Positions 8,290-17,187 of a stretch of 34,116 bases of DNA are shown here, piece after piece (the first letter of the stretch is position 1; every line of letters starts with the position of its first letter). The DNA comes from Chthonomonadaceae bacterium (lineage in GTDB: Bacteria; Armatimonadota; Chthonomonadetes; Chthonomonadales; Chthonomonadaceae). The position numbers were made by a program, and so were the translations under genes. The notes beneath the pieces were generated by a model, which did no database searches, was not told where the DNA came from, and worked only from the letters and a program-made list of their open reading frames with translations. The stretch is from positions 1 through 34,116 of the forward strand of contig DASRGZ010000058.1 in the NCBI GenBank assembly GCA_035650735.1, written 5' to 3'.

Positions 8290-9114
8290 TCAAACGCCTT
8301 GCGGCGCTATCGGAACCAACTTCATCCGGCGGTTCTCCCAGGTGCAGATCTGGGTGAGGCCGTTCTCCAGGGCTAGACGCACCGCCATCGGGTAGGCGTG
8401 GCCCAACTGGTCGGGATGATGCGCGTCGGAACCAAAAGAGACCCGTTTGCCGCCGCGTGCGGCATAGAGGGCGACCGTCTCCGCGCAGGGATAGGTCATT
8501 CCGAGGCCCTGATGCAGTCCCGCCGTGTTGATCTCCAGCGGCATCTGCCGCTCGATCAGGCCGTCGAAAATTGCCTCCAGCTCGCTTTGATACTCCCGGG
8601 GATCGTAGGGACCCCAGGCGGCAACGCCGCGCCGGTTGGCATATTCCAGGTGGCCCAGGATGTCGAAGAGGCCGCTGACCACCGAGTCCCGCACCGCCTG
8701 GAAATAGTCGGAGTAAGCCTGGCGCGCGGTGCGCGTCCGGTTGTACTCCGAGGTCATGATCATGATGCGGCTAACATAATGCACGCTGCCGATGACAAAA
8801 TCGAACGAATGCGAATCGAGATAGTTGGCGATCTTGTCCTCGAACCAGTGCTGGTAATCGATCTCGACGCCGGCGCCGATCTTTAATCGGTCGCCCCACT
8901 GATGGCGGGCCATCTCGATCTCCTGCATGTAGGCGTCGTAATCGAAGTAATCCACCGCCGGATCGCCGGGATCGAAGTCCTTATGCTCGGAGAAGCCGAT
9001 CTCGTCTAAACCAATAGCGACGGCCCGCGCGCACTGATCAGCGATGGAAGCCTTACCGTCGTGGGAACGGAAGGAATGCACCTGGCAGTCTACTGCGTAG
9101 AATCCATTAATCAT
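8290..9114 (-). CDS. PHP-family histidinol-phosphatase-like protein (HisJ/HisK family)
   Basis: Motifs DCQVHS, GFSEH, GVEIDY, DFVIGSVH, LEINTAG, GSDAH. Confidence 0.85.
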   Translation of the reverse strand: MINGFYAVDCQVHSFRSHDGKASIADQCARAVAIGLDEIGFSEHKDFDPGDPAVDYFDYDAYMQEIEMARHQWGDRLKIGAGVEIDYQHWFEDKIANYLDSHSFDFVIGSVHYVSRIMIMTSEYNRTRTARQAYSDYFQAVRDSVVSGLFDILGHLEYANRRGVAAWGPYDPREYQSELEAIFDGLIERQMPLEINTAGLHQGLGMTYPCAETVALYAARGGKRVSFGSDAHHPDQLGHAYPMAVRLALENGLTQICTWENRRMKLVPIAPQGV

Positions 9115-9142
9115 AGGCGCTTCATCATGGGCACGGCCCAGA

Positions 9143-9658
9143 TCAATACTCGCCGAAATTGCTCAGGTTGGGGCCGTCCGTGTCTGCCCCGACGATGCGC
9201 CACTCGTGGCCCTGGAACAATCCCCAGAGGCGGGGCACCTCTACGCGGCGCAGTTGCAGGGTTACATGCGATTTCGGATAGGCTTCGGCGAGCATATCGG
9301 CCGTCTGCTGATAGACGACCAGGTCGAACTCCACCGTGGCCTCATCGCCGTGCGGGTGGAAGGCAACGTTGGAGTACTCGGCGCGCAGTTTGCCTGTGCT
9401 GCGGAAGCCGCGTATGAGCATCAGGCGCAGTTGATCCGGATTCACCCCGGCAATGTGAGCTTCGCCGGTGGGCGCGATATGTGCCATAATGGTGTTCACG
9501 TCTTTGCGGGCGACGGCCGCTTTCATTTCGTCGAGCATCTGGACGGTCTGAGTCTGGGTCAGCGTCTCCGGGCCGGGCTGGGAGACGAAATAGGCCATGA
9601 CGAGAAAACCGGCCAGCGCCACGCAAATCGCCAACACGATCCACGATTTTTTTGCCAA
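9143..9658 (-). CDS. Membrane-anchored hypothetical protein, possibly NTF2-like fold
   Basis: TTG start at 9658 with AGGAGG RBS (the track's 9904 start is too long); N-terminal hydrophobic helix followed by a beta-rich domain. Confidence 0.65.
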   Translation of the reverse strand: MAKKSWIVLAICVALAGFLVMAYFVSQPGPETLTQTQTVQMLDEMKAAVARKDVNTIMAHIAPTGEAHIAGVNPDQLRLMLIRGFRSTGKLRAEYSNVAFHPHGDEATVEFDLVVYQQTADMLAEAYPKSHVTLQLRRVEVPRLWGLFQGHEWRIVGADTDGPNLSNFGEY

Positions 9659-9968
9659 TGTCAGATACCTCCTGAGTAGGTAACCGGACCTCCGCTGAGT
9701 CGCTCTTGCATAGGATAGGGCTTCTTCCCGTCGCGTGCGCAGAGGCCGGAGTGGGTTACCCGCTATATATACGTTGAAAACGGAGGCGAGAGCAGCCTGG
9801 CCTGCAATCAGGAACCGGAGAAGCCGCGCGCTCCAGGCGATAAGGGCTGCGTTGCGCTGACAGGCATCTATCCTAACCGGACGCGCCTGATAGGAGTAAC
9901 GCAATTGTACACTGCTGTTGACGTATCGTCAAGGCCAAAGGTAAGGATATGCCGGACGGCAATTTTGT

Positions 9969-9996
9969 TGAACCCGGCGCCCGTACCGCGCAACTA
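9969..9996 (+). promoter_or_regulatory. Possible autoregulatory ECF-sigma promoter
   Basis: TGAACC-N16-CAACTA upstream of the ECF sigma gene; resembles generic ECF -35 (GAAC) spacing. Confidence 0.35.
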
Positions 9997-10069
9997 AACA
10001 GATGGCACGGTCAGCGCCGAAAGTGGGCGGGACAGGACTCTGCTGCGAAAGGGCGAGCGCAAATAGACA

Positions 10070-10636
10070 ATGGCCGCGCGTAACGAACGAGATCTGGTGC
10101 GACGCATCCAGGCGGGCGACCGCCAGGCGTTCGAAGAGTTGCTGGACGCCTACGAAACCCGCGTCTATCGGCTGGCCCTGCGCTTTACCGGGAACGTTCT
10201 CGATGCTGAAGATCTCACCCAGGACGTTTTCCTGGCCGTCTATAAAGGGCTGGCAAACTTTCGCGGGGACTCTGCGCTCGGCACCTGGATCTACCGCATC
10301 GCCATGAACCACTGCCTGGAGTACCGGCGCAAGCGCCGCCTGGACTGTGTTCCTTACGACGCGCAATTGACGCTGGCCAGCGGCGACTGGCGGGAAGACC
10401 CCGTGCAATCCGCCGACCGACAGGAACTGTCGTCGCGTGTGGAGCAGGCCATTAACTGCCTGTCGCCGCTGCATCGGGACGTGGTGGTGCTGCACGAATT
10501 GCAGGGAATGACCTATCAGGAGGTCGCTGCCACGCTGAATGTGCCGGTCGGCACGGTGAAGTCCCGGCTATCGAATGCGTTTCGCCGCCTGCGCGATCTC
10601 TTGGGCGGTTATGCGATGGAAGGAATTACGTCATGA
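10070..10636 (+). CDS. ECF RNA polymerase sigma-70 factor
   Basis: Region 2 DAEDLTQDVF..TWIYRIAMN; region 4 MTYQEVAATLNVPVGTVKSRL. Confidence 0.95.
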   Translation: MAARNERDLVRRIQAGDRQAFEELLDAYETRVYRLALRFTGNVLDAEDLTQDVFLAVYKGLANFRGDSALGTWIYRIAMNHCLEYRRKRRLDCVPYDAQLTLASGDWREDPVQSADRQELSSRVEQAINCLSPLHRDVVVLHELQGMTYQEVAATLNVPVGTVKSRLSNAFRRLRDLLGGYAMEGITS

Positions 10637-11976
10637 ACCATCCCGGCAACAACTCCAACGGAACGGACCGCAGCGAGCGTGGCCCGCAGAGCAGCTTCTG
10701 GGCGCGGCAAGGGCCGTCTCAGGAGGCGCATCTGCGCGCCGACCTGAAAGCCTATCTGGATGGCGAGCTGCCGGCCCTGCGCCGATGGGTGGTGCGCAGG
10801 CATCTGGTGCGCTGCTCGGAGTGCCGAGAGGAGGTGACGTGGTTGAAGCGTCTAGGGGATGAGACGCGGGAGCTGGATAAGGCCGTGCCGCGCCCGGAAC
10901 TGCGCGCGCGCATTCTGGCCAGCCTGCCGGATTTGCCGCCTGCCCATATGGCGGGCACGTCGGAGCCGTTGACGCTGCGTTCCGCGCGCGGGGGCCGGTA
11001 TCGCCTGGCCCTGGGCAGCGCGGTGGCGGCGCTGGCAGTTGTCGGGGCCTTCGCCCTCGCGCACAACGGCCTGCGGCTGTCCCGACAGGCGCCCTCAGAA
11101 GCGGCCACGCATCCGGTGTTGCTGGCCCAGGGGGAACCCGGATCTGGAGCGCCCTCACGAGGGACACCCCAACCTGGGCGTTTCGTCCCTGGCCCCCCTT
11201 TCCCCGCCCGTATAGCTGACGCACCGTCGCATTCGGTGACAGGTCGGCCCGGCAGGAACCCGGAGAACCGGCCGGTGCGCGACCCCTTCCAACCCGGTAG
11301 CGCGGTTGACTCCACTCCGACGCCGCATGTCTCCCATCCTGGCAGCGCGCCATCCGGAAGCTCGGATGGCACGTACGCGGCTGCCGAGAATCTTTTCCAG
11401 CGCCGATGGGCCGAGGAGCAGGCGCGACAGCCATATCAGAATCCAATGCCTGGTGGCAACGGCGAGAAAGCGCCGCAGAAGCTTGCCCACGCCCAGGCTG
11501 CCCCGCCGATTCGCCTGGCTCTGGCGGTGGAGGATGTAGCGGCGGCGCGCGACAGCATTCAATCCCTCGCTCGACAGATGAACGGCAGCGCGGCGTTGAA
11601 CCCACCGGCCAGCATCAGCGCCTGGCAGAGGGGCGCACCGCAGCCAACGGCAGATAAGAATACGCTGGCGCTGCGCGTCCCCGCAGACCGAGCCGCCGCA
11701 CTGCTGCAACAACTGAGTAAAATGGGAGCCTTGAAGGCCGTCCGGCCTGAGCCAAACGGTAAAAATGGCGTTGTCTCCGCGAGTAAGCACGTCATGGCCG
11801 TGCCGGAGGCGGATCGCAGCAAGCAGCCGGAGGAGATGTATCGGCTCCTCTTACGCGGCTATTCCGTTGCCCAGCCTGGAGCGCCGTCTGCCGGAAACCC
11901 AAGATCGCCGGCCTTCGTCACCGTGACCGTTCAGCTACAACCGCGTAAGCGCCCTGCGCCTGAGCCAGGCCGATAA
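10633..11976 (+). CDS. Anti-sigma factor with zinc-binding (zf-HC2/ZAS) domain, one TM helix and a Pro-rich extracytoplasmic region
   Basis: LKAYLDGEL..HLVRCSEC (HxxxCxxC); ATGA overlap with the sigma gene; hydrophobic segment LALGSAVAALAVVGAFAL. Confidence 0.85.
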   Translation: MNHPGNNSNGTDRSERGPQSSFWARQGPSQEAHLRADLKAYLDGELPALRRWVVRRHLVRCSECREEVTWLKRLGDETRELDKAVPRPELRARILASLPDLPPAHMAGTSEPLTLRSARGGRYRLALGSAVAALAVVGAFALAHNGLRLSRQAPSEAATHPVLLAQGEPGSGAPSRGTPQPGRFVPGPPFPARIADAPSHSVTGRPGRNPENRPVRDPFQPGSAVDSTPTPHVSHPGSAPSGSSDGTYAAAENLFQRRWAEEQARQPYQNPMPGGNGEKAPQKLAHAQAAPPIRLALAVEDVAAARDSIQSLARQMNGSAALNPPASISAWQRGAPQPTADKNTLALRVPADRAAALLQQLSKMGALKAVRPEPNGKNGVVSASKHVMAVPEADRSKQPEEMYRLLLRGYSVAQPGAPSAGNPRSPAFVTVTVQLQPRKRPAPEPGR

Positions 11977-11993
11977 GGGCTGGGAACGTTCTG

Positions 11994-12045
11994 TGCCCGG
12001 CCCTAAAGGACCGGGCTGTGGATGGCAAGCCCCCTGAAGGGGGCT
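11994..12045 (+). repeat. REP-like double-hairpin family 2, copy 1
   Basis: GCCCGGCCCTAAAGGACCGGGC-TGTGG..GGCAAGCCCCC..GGGGGCT; copies at 30655-30705 and 30912-30963 (reverse), partial copy near 8265-8287. Confidence 0.8.
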
Positions 12046-12104
12046 AACCTTTACTTTGTGTTCGTCTTCCTCCTCCGATCCCCAGCACAGCAAAAATGTA
12101 ACCA

Positions 12105-12133
12105 TTGACAGCGGCCATCACGTATGTTACGAT
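12105..12133 (+). promoter_or_regulatory. Sigma70 promoter upstream of the vWA gene
   Basis: TTGACA-N17-TACGAT with TGn extension. Confidence 0.6.
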
Positions 12134-12244
12134 AGAACCGCGATTCCCTTTGCGCCGCGCCTTCTCCACGCTTCTGCCTGCGTGCGTTCCTGCCGCCGGC
12201 AGGCGGGCCGATGCTGCAACGGCGCTCCTGAAGTGAAAAGAGCG

Positions 12245-12284
12245 CTCACCCCCGGCCCCTCTCCTTCGCAAGGAGAGGGGAGAG
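12245..12284 (+). repeat. REP-like palindrome family 1, copy 3
   Basis: CTCACCCCCGGCCCCTCTCCTTCGCAAGGAGAGGGGAGAG. Confidence 0.75.
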
Positions 12285-12343
12285 GCGTTTTCATGCTCGG
12301 TGGTGCGCCCCGCGCATGAAAGGTTGTTCTGTAGATAAGAGGC

Positions 12344-15300
12344 TTGCACGTGCCCGTTCAGTTTTCGTATTGGCCCGCCCTGCTCTTGCTGCCGGCCCTG
12401 CTGTCCTTCTTCTGGTGGCAGCATCGGCACAGCGTCACCGATATGTCTGCCCGGCGAAAGCGCCTGGCCCTGCTGCTGCGCTGCCTGCTCGCCACCCTTC
12501 TGGTCCTCATCCTGGCCGGAACCCGACTCGTCAAGAAAGGCGAATCTCTGGCCGTCCTTTTCCTGGTGGACGCCTCCAAAAGCGTCCGCGAGGATCAGAA
12601 GGCCGCGGTAGCCCACTACCTTCAGGAGGCCGGCAAAGGGATGCGCACGGTGGACAAGGTTGGCGTCATTACTTTCGCCCAGGACCCGCACACGCAATCC
12701 TCTCCCGGCCAGCCCCTCGACCCCAACCACCTCCACGATCCCGGCGCGGCCACCGCCACCAACATCGCCCAGGCGCTCCGGCAGGCCAAAAACGAGCTGG
12801 ATACCACCGCCAAAGACAGCGGCAAGCGCATCGTCCTGCTCTCGGACGGCAACGAGAACGTCGGACGGGCGCTCTCGGAGCTGCCGGAATTGACGGCGGA
12901 CCATATCGTGCTGGATACGGTCACGCTGCCGGTCACCTTAAAGCAGGAGGCCCTGATCGAAAAGCTGGTGCTGCCGCCGCGCGTCAAGATTGGCGAGCCG
13001 TTCCCGGTGCGCGTCGTGGTCAGCAGCCTGATTCCGCAGACGGCGACGGTGACGCTGGCGCGCGAGGGCAGGCCGGTCGGGACGAGCAAGCGCGTGGAGC
13101 TGCACGCCGGCAAGAGCGTGGCGGTTTTTGAGCAGAGCGTGGACAAGCCCGGCTTTTATCGCTATAGCGCCACGCTGGAGGCGCCGCAGGATACCATCGC
13201 CGAGAACAACCGGGGCGAAGGGTTCGTCTGGGTCAAGGGCAAGCCGACCGTGCTCTACGTGGCCGACAGCCCCGCGCTGACCGGCTTTTTGCGCAAGTCG
13301 CTCAAAGAGCAGAACATTGAGGTGGAGTACGTGCCGCCCGGAGCGCTGCCGACCTCAGCGGCGGCGCTCCAGCGGTTTGACAGCGTGTTTGTCAGCAACG
13401 TGCGCGCCGACAACCTCTCCCTGGGCCAGATGACGGCCCTGCAGGTGGCCTGTCGGGATTTTGGGGTCGGCTTGGGCATGGTCGGCGGCGAGGACAGCTT
13501 CGGGGCGGGCGGCTGGCGCGGCACGCCTATCGAAGAGACGCTGCCCGTCACCATGGATGTCAAGAAACAGAAGCGCCTGCCCTCCGTCGCTGTCGCTATG
13601 GTCATCGAAGACCTGGAGATCCCTACGACGGTCAATATGTCCATCGAGGCGGCCAAGGCAACGATGGACCTGCTGGAGCCGATTGACCAGGTTGGCGTGC
13701 TCGACTGCAACGGTCCCTTCAGCTTTACCGGCTCCAACACCTCCGCGCCCAGCGGCACCTGGCGCATCCCGATGCAGCACGTCACCGACCGGGAAGCGCT
13801 CAAGGCCCAGATGCAGAAGCTACAGGACATGGGAGACCCGCCCAGCTACGACCCCTATCTGCTGGAGGCGGCGCGCGTCCTCAATACCACGGATGCCAAG
13901 GTCAAGCATATCATCTTCCTGGGCGACGGCGACGCCGTCTATGAAGGCAATCAGAACCAGCTAGCGAACAACATCCAAAAGATCCGCACTCAGGGCATTA
14001 CCATCTCGACGATCACCACGGGCGCGATGTCCCAGCACGACCGGCAGTTCATGGCGCTGATCGCCTATCTGGGCGGCGGGCATAACTATATTGCCGACCG
14101 ACCGGAGGAGCTGCCCCGCCTGCTCCTCAAAGACCAGATGACCATCAGCCAGCCGCCCATCATCGAGGAGCCGTTCCAGCCGCGTCCGGTGGCCGGCGAT
14201 GAGATTCTAAAGGGCATAGACTGGGGTTCCACGCCGCCGCTGCTGGGTTACAACGTCGGCAACGCCAAGGCCAACGCGGAAATTGCCTTGATCACCCACC
14301 GCAACGATCCCCTCTTTGCCGCGTGGCGCTACGGCCTGGGCCGCTCTGTCGCCTTCCTCTCCGACGACCGCGCCAAGTGGGCCGCGCAGTGGCTCGGCTG
14401 GCCCGGCTACGCCAAGTTCTGGGCGCAGGCCGTGCGCTGGACGCTGCGCCCCTTCGCTCCCAGCGACTACGCCACTCAGGTCACTCTGGAGGGCAATCGC
14501 GGCCACGTCGTCGTGGACGCCATTGACGAGCAAGGCCACTACGTCAACAAGCTCCCGCTCAGGGCGCTGATCGCCGGGCCACAGACGGGCGGACTCAAGG
14601 GCAGCCCGGCTCAGGAGGAGCCGCTGCGCCAGACCGCGCCGGGCCACTATGAGGGCTGGTTCGATGCCCCCCAGATCGGCACCTACCTGGTCAACGTCCT
14701 GCAAAAGCGCCCGAACGGCCCCGAGGCCTCCACCGTGGTGGGCCTCTCCACCGCCTACTCGCCGGAATACAAGGACACGCAAGCGAACCGCTACCTGATG
14801 ACCCAGTTGGCGCAGGCGGGCAGCGGCCGTGTGGACCCTCCCGCCAACGCCGCGTTCGGCGGCGAACGTCCGGCGGTATGGGCCGCCGCCGACCTGACGC
14901 CGCTGCTGTTACTGCTGGCGATGATCCTGCTGCCCATAGACATCGCCGTGCGCCGTCTGGCGCTGGATTGGCAGGACGCGCGCCGCGCCGTAGCGTGGGC
15001 CGTGGGCAGAAGTCGGCGCGTCGAGAAGCCCCGCGCGGCCACGCCGGAGCTGGCGCGTCTGCTGGACAGAAAAGAGGCGGTGGTCGCCGGGCGGGAGGGC
15101 GCCCTCCACGCCGCCGATGGAGATGGGGCGGCCCCGGTCACTCCTGCCAGCGCCGCCTCGCCGGTCACGCCTCCCGTTCGGCCCGCCGAAAGCAGCGCGC
15201 CCCGCAGCCCCATTCCCACGCCGCCCGCCGTGCCCACGTCCCGCACGCTGCGCCCAGAGGGGCTGGAAACTCCCGCCGCCGCGCCCGAATCCGCGCCTGC

Positions 15301-15409
15301 GCCCCCTGCCGAGCCGGAACCGGAGCCGCAAGAGGCCGGTTTCTCGCGCCTGATGGCCGCCAAGCGCCGCGCCCAGCAGCGCCAGCAGCAGGACCACGAC
15401 CAAAGCTAA
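12344..15409 (+). CDS. Membrane-anchored vWA-domain protein with glutamine-amidotransferase-like (DUF1355-type) domain
   Basis: N-terminal TM pair, MIDAS DASKS..LLSDGNEN, GLGMVGGEDSFGAGGW, second vWA-like region (IIFLGDG), W.YGLGRS, Pro-rich tail. Confidence 0.85.
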   Translation: MHVPVQFSYWPALLLLPALLSFFWWQHRHSVTDMSARRKRLALLLRCLLATLLVLILAGTRLVKKGESLAVLFLVDASKSVREDQKAAVAHYLQEAGKGMRTVDKVGVITFAQDPHTQSSPGQPLDPNHLHDPGAATATNIAQALRQAKNELDTTAKDSGKRIVLLSDGNENVGRALSELPELTADHIVLDTVTLPVTLKQEALIEKLVLPPRVKIGEPFPVRVVVSSLIPQTATVTLAREGRPVGTSKRVELHAGKSVAVFEQSVDKPGFYRYSATLEAPQDTIAENNRGEGFVWVKGKPTVLYVADSPALTGFLRKSLKEQNIEVEYVPPGALPTSAAALQRFDSVFVSNVRADNLSLGQMTALQVACRDFGVGLGMVGGEDSFGAGGWRGTPIEETLPVTMDVKKQKRLPSVAVAMVIEDLEIPTTVNMSIEAAKATMDLLEPIDQVGVLDCNGPFSFTGSNTSAPSGTWRIPMQHVTDREALKAQMQKLQDMGDPPSYDPYLLEAARVLNTTDAKVKHIIFLGDGDAVYEGNQNQLANNIQKIRTQGITISTITTGAMSQHDRQFMALIAYLGGGHNYIADRPEELPRLLLKDQMTISQPPIIEEPFQPRPVAGDEILKGIDWGSTPPLLGYNVGNAKANAEIALITHRNDPLFAAWRYGLGRSVAFLSDDRAKWAAQWLGWPGYAKFWAQAVRWTLRPFAPSDYATQVTLEGNRGHVVVDAIDEQGHYVNKLPLRALIAGPQTGGLKGSPAQEEPLRQTAPGHYEGWFDAPQIGTYLVNVLQKRPNGPEASTVVGLSTAYSPEYKDTQANRYLMTQLAQAGSGRVDPPANAAFGGERPAVWAAADLTPLLLLLAMILLPIDIAVRRLALDWQDARRAVAWAVGRSRRVEKPRAATPELARLLDRKEAVVAGREGALHAADGDGAAPVTPASAASPVTPPVRPAESSAPRSPIPTPPAVPTSRTLRPEGLETPAAAPESAPAPPAEPEPEPQEAGFSRLMAAKRRAQQRQQQDHDQS

Positions 15410-15419
15410 AGGAGCGATC

Positions 15420-16070
15420 ATGCAAGCGCACAGCAATGACGAACACAACCTGACCCCGGACGCGCTCGCGCCGGAGCTTCTGACGGCAACGGCACGGCTG
15501 CCGTCCGGCGAGACGATGGTGATGCGTCCGCTGCGTTCGGACGATGCCGCGCGCTTTGGCGAATACCTCTGTGGCCTCTCGGAGCAGACGCGCGCGCGTT
15601 ATGGCCCACACCCCTTCGACCAGGCCACGGCGGACGCCATCTGCGCGGCGCTTGACCCGACGGACATCCTGCGCATGGTGGCGACCGTTCCCCGCGACGG
15701 CGGCGAGCGTATCATTGCCTATATCCTGCTCAAGCTGGGGGTTCGCGAGTCGGATGGGCGGCGTTATGCGGCCCTGGGCCTGACGCTCGATCCGGCTACC
15801 GATGCTTCCCTGGCCCCGTCCGTGGCGGACGACTATCAGAACCGGGGCGTCGGCAGCGCGATGATGCGTCACCTGCTTCAGGTTGCCAGAAAGCTTGGCC
15901 GCAAGAGGATCGTGCTCTGGGATGGCGTACAGGCGACGAACGCGCGCGCCGTCCATTTCTACACGAAGTGGGGCTTCCGCAAGGTCGGGGAGTTTTACAC
16001 GGGCATCAACAACTTCGACATGATCCTCGATTTAACCGCAGCCGACGACGCGCTCCCTAACAACGCATAG
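15420..16070 (+). CDS. GNAT family N-acetyltransferase
   Basis: VADDYQNRGVG, N.RAVHFYTKWGF; RBS AAGGAG. Confidence 0.9.
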   Translation: MQAHSNDEHNLTPDALAPELLTATARLPSGETMVMRPLRSDDAARFGEYLCGLSEQTRARYGPHPFDQATADAICAALDPTDILRMVATVPRDGGERIIAYILLKLGVRESDGRRYAALGLTLDPATDASLAPSVADDYQNRGVGSAMMRHLLQVARKLGRKRIVLWDGVQATNARAVHFYTKWGFRKVGEFYTGINNFDMILDLTAADDALPNNA

Positions 16071-16119
16071 TTTTGAGGGAACGGTCCGCGTCCTGATTTG
16101 CGCTAGAAGGCAAAGGCGG

Positions 16120-16956
16120 CTACCACAGGTCCAGGCCCAGCAGCTTGCGGCCCAGCGGTGTCAGTTCGGCGGTAACTCCGTACTTCTGTTCTCGCTGACG
16201 CGGATCGCCCGGAAACGACCGGGGATGTCGGCGCTCACGCCAGCACGCGATCCGTTCCTGGCGATGGGCTTCGTCCTCGGAGGCAGGGTACATCGAGATA
16301 TACTGCGCCAGGCGGGGACGCTGCGAGGTGTTCCGCCCGTTGCCGTGCGCCAGCATCCGGTTCCAGATCAACAAATCGCCCGCCTTGCCTGGAATGGGCG
16401 TGACTTTCATGCCGTCCGGCAGGCTGTTCAGATCGGGCACGCGCGGATTGCGGTCGGGCGGTTGGGCCTTGATCCACTCTTCCAGGTTCTTATGAAAACC
16501 CGGCACGCACTGAAAGCCGCCCTGATCGACCTCGGTATCGGTCAGGTAGAGCACGCCCTGCACGCCAAAGCGAGCCGGCAGCTTGGACGTATCCAGGTCC
16601 CAATGAATGAACCCTTTGTCCTCATGTTCGGGATGGTCTGGGTGATTGGGAGGCTTCATGCAGGCCCGATCCAGGGAGACCCAGAGCTTTTCCGTACCGA
16701 AGATGCCGGCGAAGGCGGCATGCACGCGCGGATACTGGCGCGTGTCCCATAATGCCTGATGCTGATATATCTCCACCATGCCGCCCGGACGGCGTTCGCC
16801 GCGATACCATGTTTCCGGATCGTTCGGGTCCATCTCCAGGAACTCCCAGACGGCAGCAATAACGGCATCCAGGTACTTTTGCGGTACGGCCTCATGCACC
16901 ACCACATACCCGTTCTCTGCAAAGAATTCCAGGTCTTGTGAACTCAACACAGCCAT
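16120..16956 (-). CDS. Phytanoyl-CoA dioxygenase (PhyH) family Fe/2OG oxygenase
   Basis: F..NGYVV, HWD, GVLYLTD..GGF, KAGDLLIW..LAHG...N.S..PR. Confidence 0.9.
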   Translation of the reverse strand: MAVLSSQDLEFFAENGYVVVHEAVPQKYLDAVIAAVWEFLEMDPNDPETWYRGERRPGGMVEIYQHQALWDTRQYPRVHAAFAGIFGTEKLWVSLDRACMKPPNHPDHPEHEDKGFIHWDLDTSKLPARFGVQGVLYLTDTEVDQGGFQCVPGFHKNLEEWIKAQPPDRNPRVPDLNSLPDGMKVTPIPGKAGDLLIWNRMLAHGNGRNTSQRPRLAQYISMYPASEDEAHRQERIACWRERRHPRSFPGDPRQREQKYGVTAELTPLGRKLLGLDLW

Positions 16957-16995
16957 CTCTATCTATCTCCGTTTGGTTATTGCAGCCGAAAAGGA

Positions 16996-17076
16996 GGTAG
17001 ACACCCCCAATCGTGTGGATACATCTCAAAAGCGTGCGCTCCATGAGAAGCGTCAACACGGTTGGGAGGGATTACC
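16996..17076. mobile_element. 81-bp MITE family A, copy 1
   Basis: Imperfect terminal inverted repeats GGTA...TACC; 8-bp target duplication GAAAAGGA (16988-16995 and 17077-17084); identical to 20169-20249. Confidence 0.9.
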
Positions 17077-17187
17077 GAAAAGGAATCCATGCGGGCTATT
17101 TTTCCTTAATCAGTGCGTCGCCGTATTATGCTGCTAACGGTGCCATAGAAAGCCGGTCGCTGGCTCGCCTCTTTTCATTGAGAGGGT

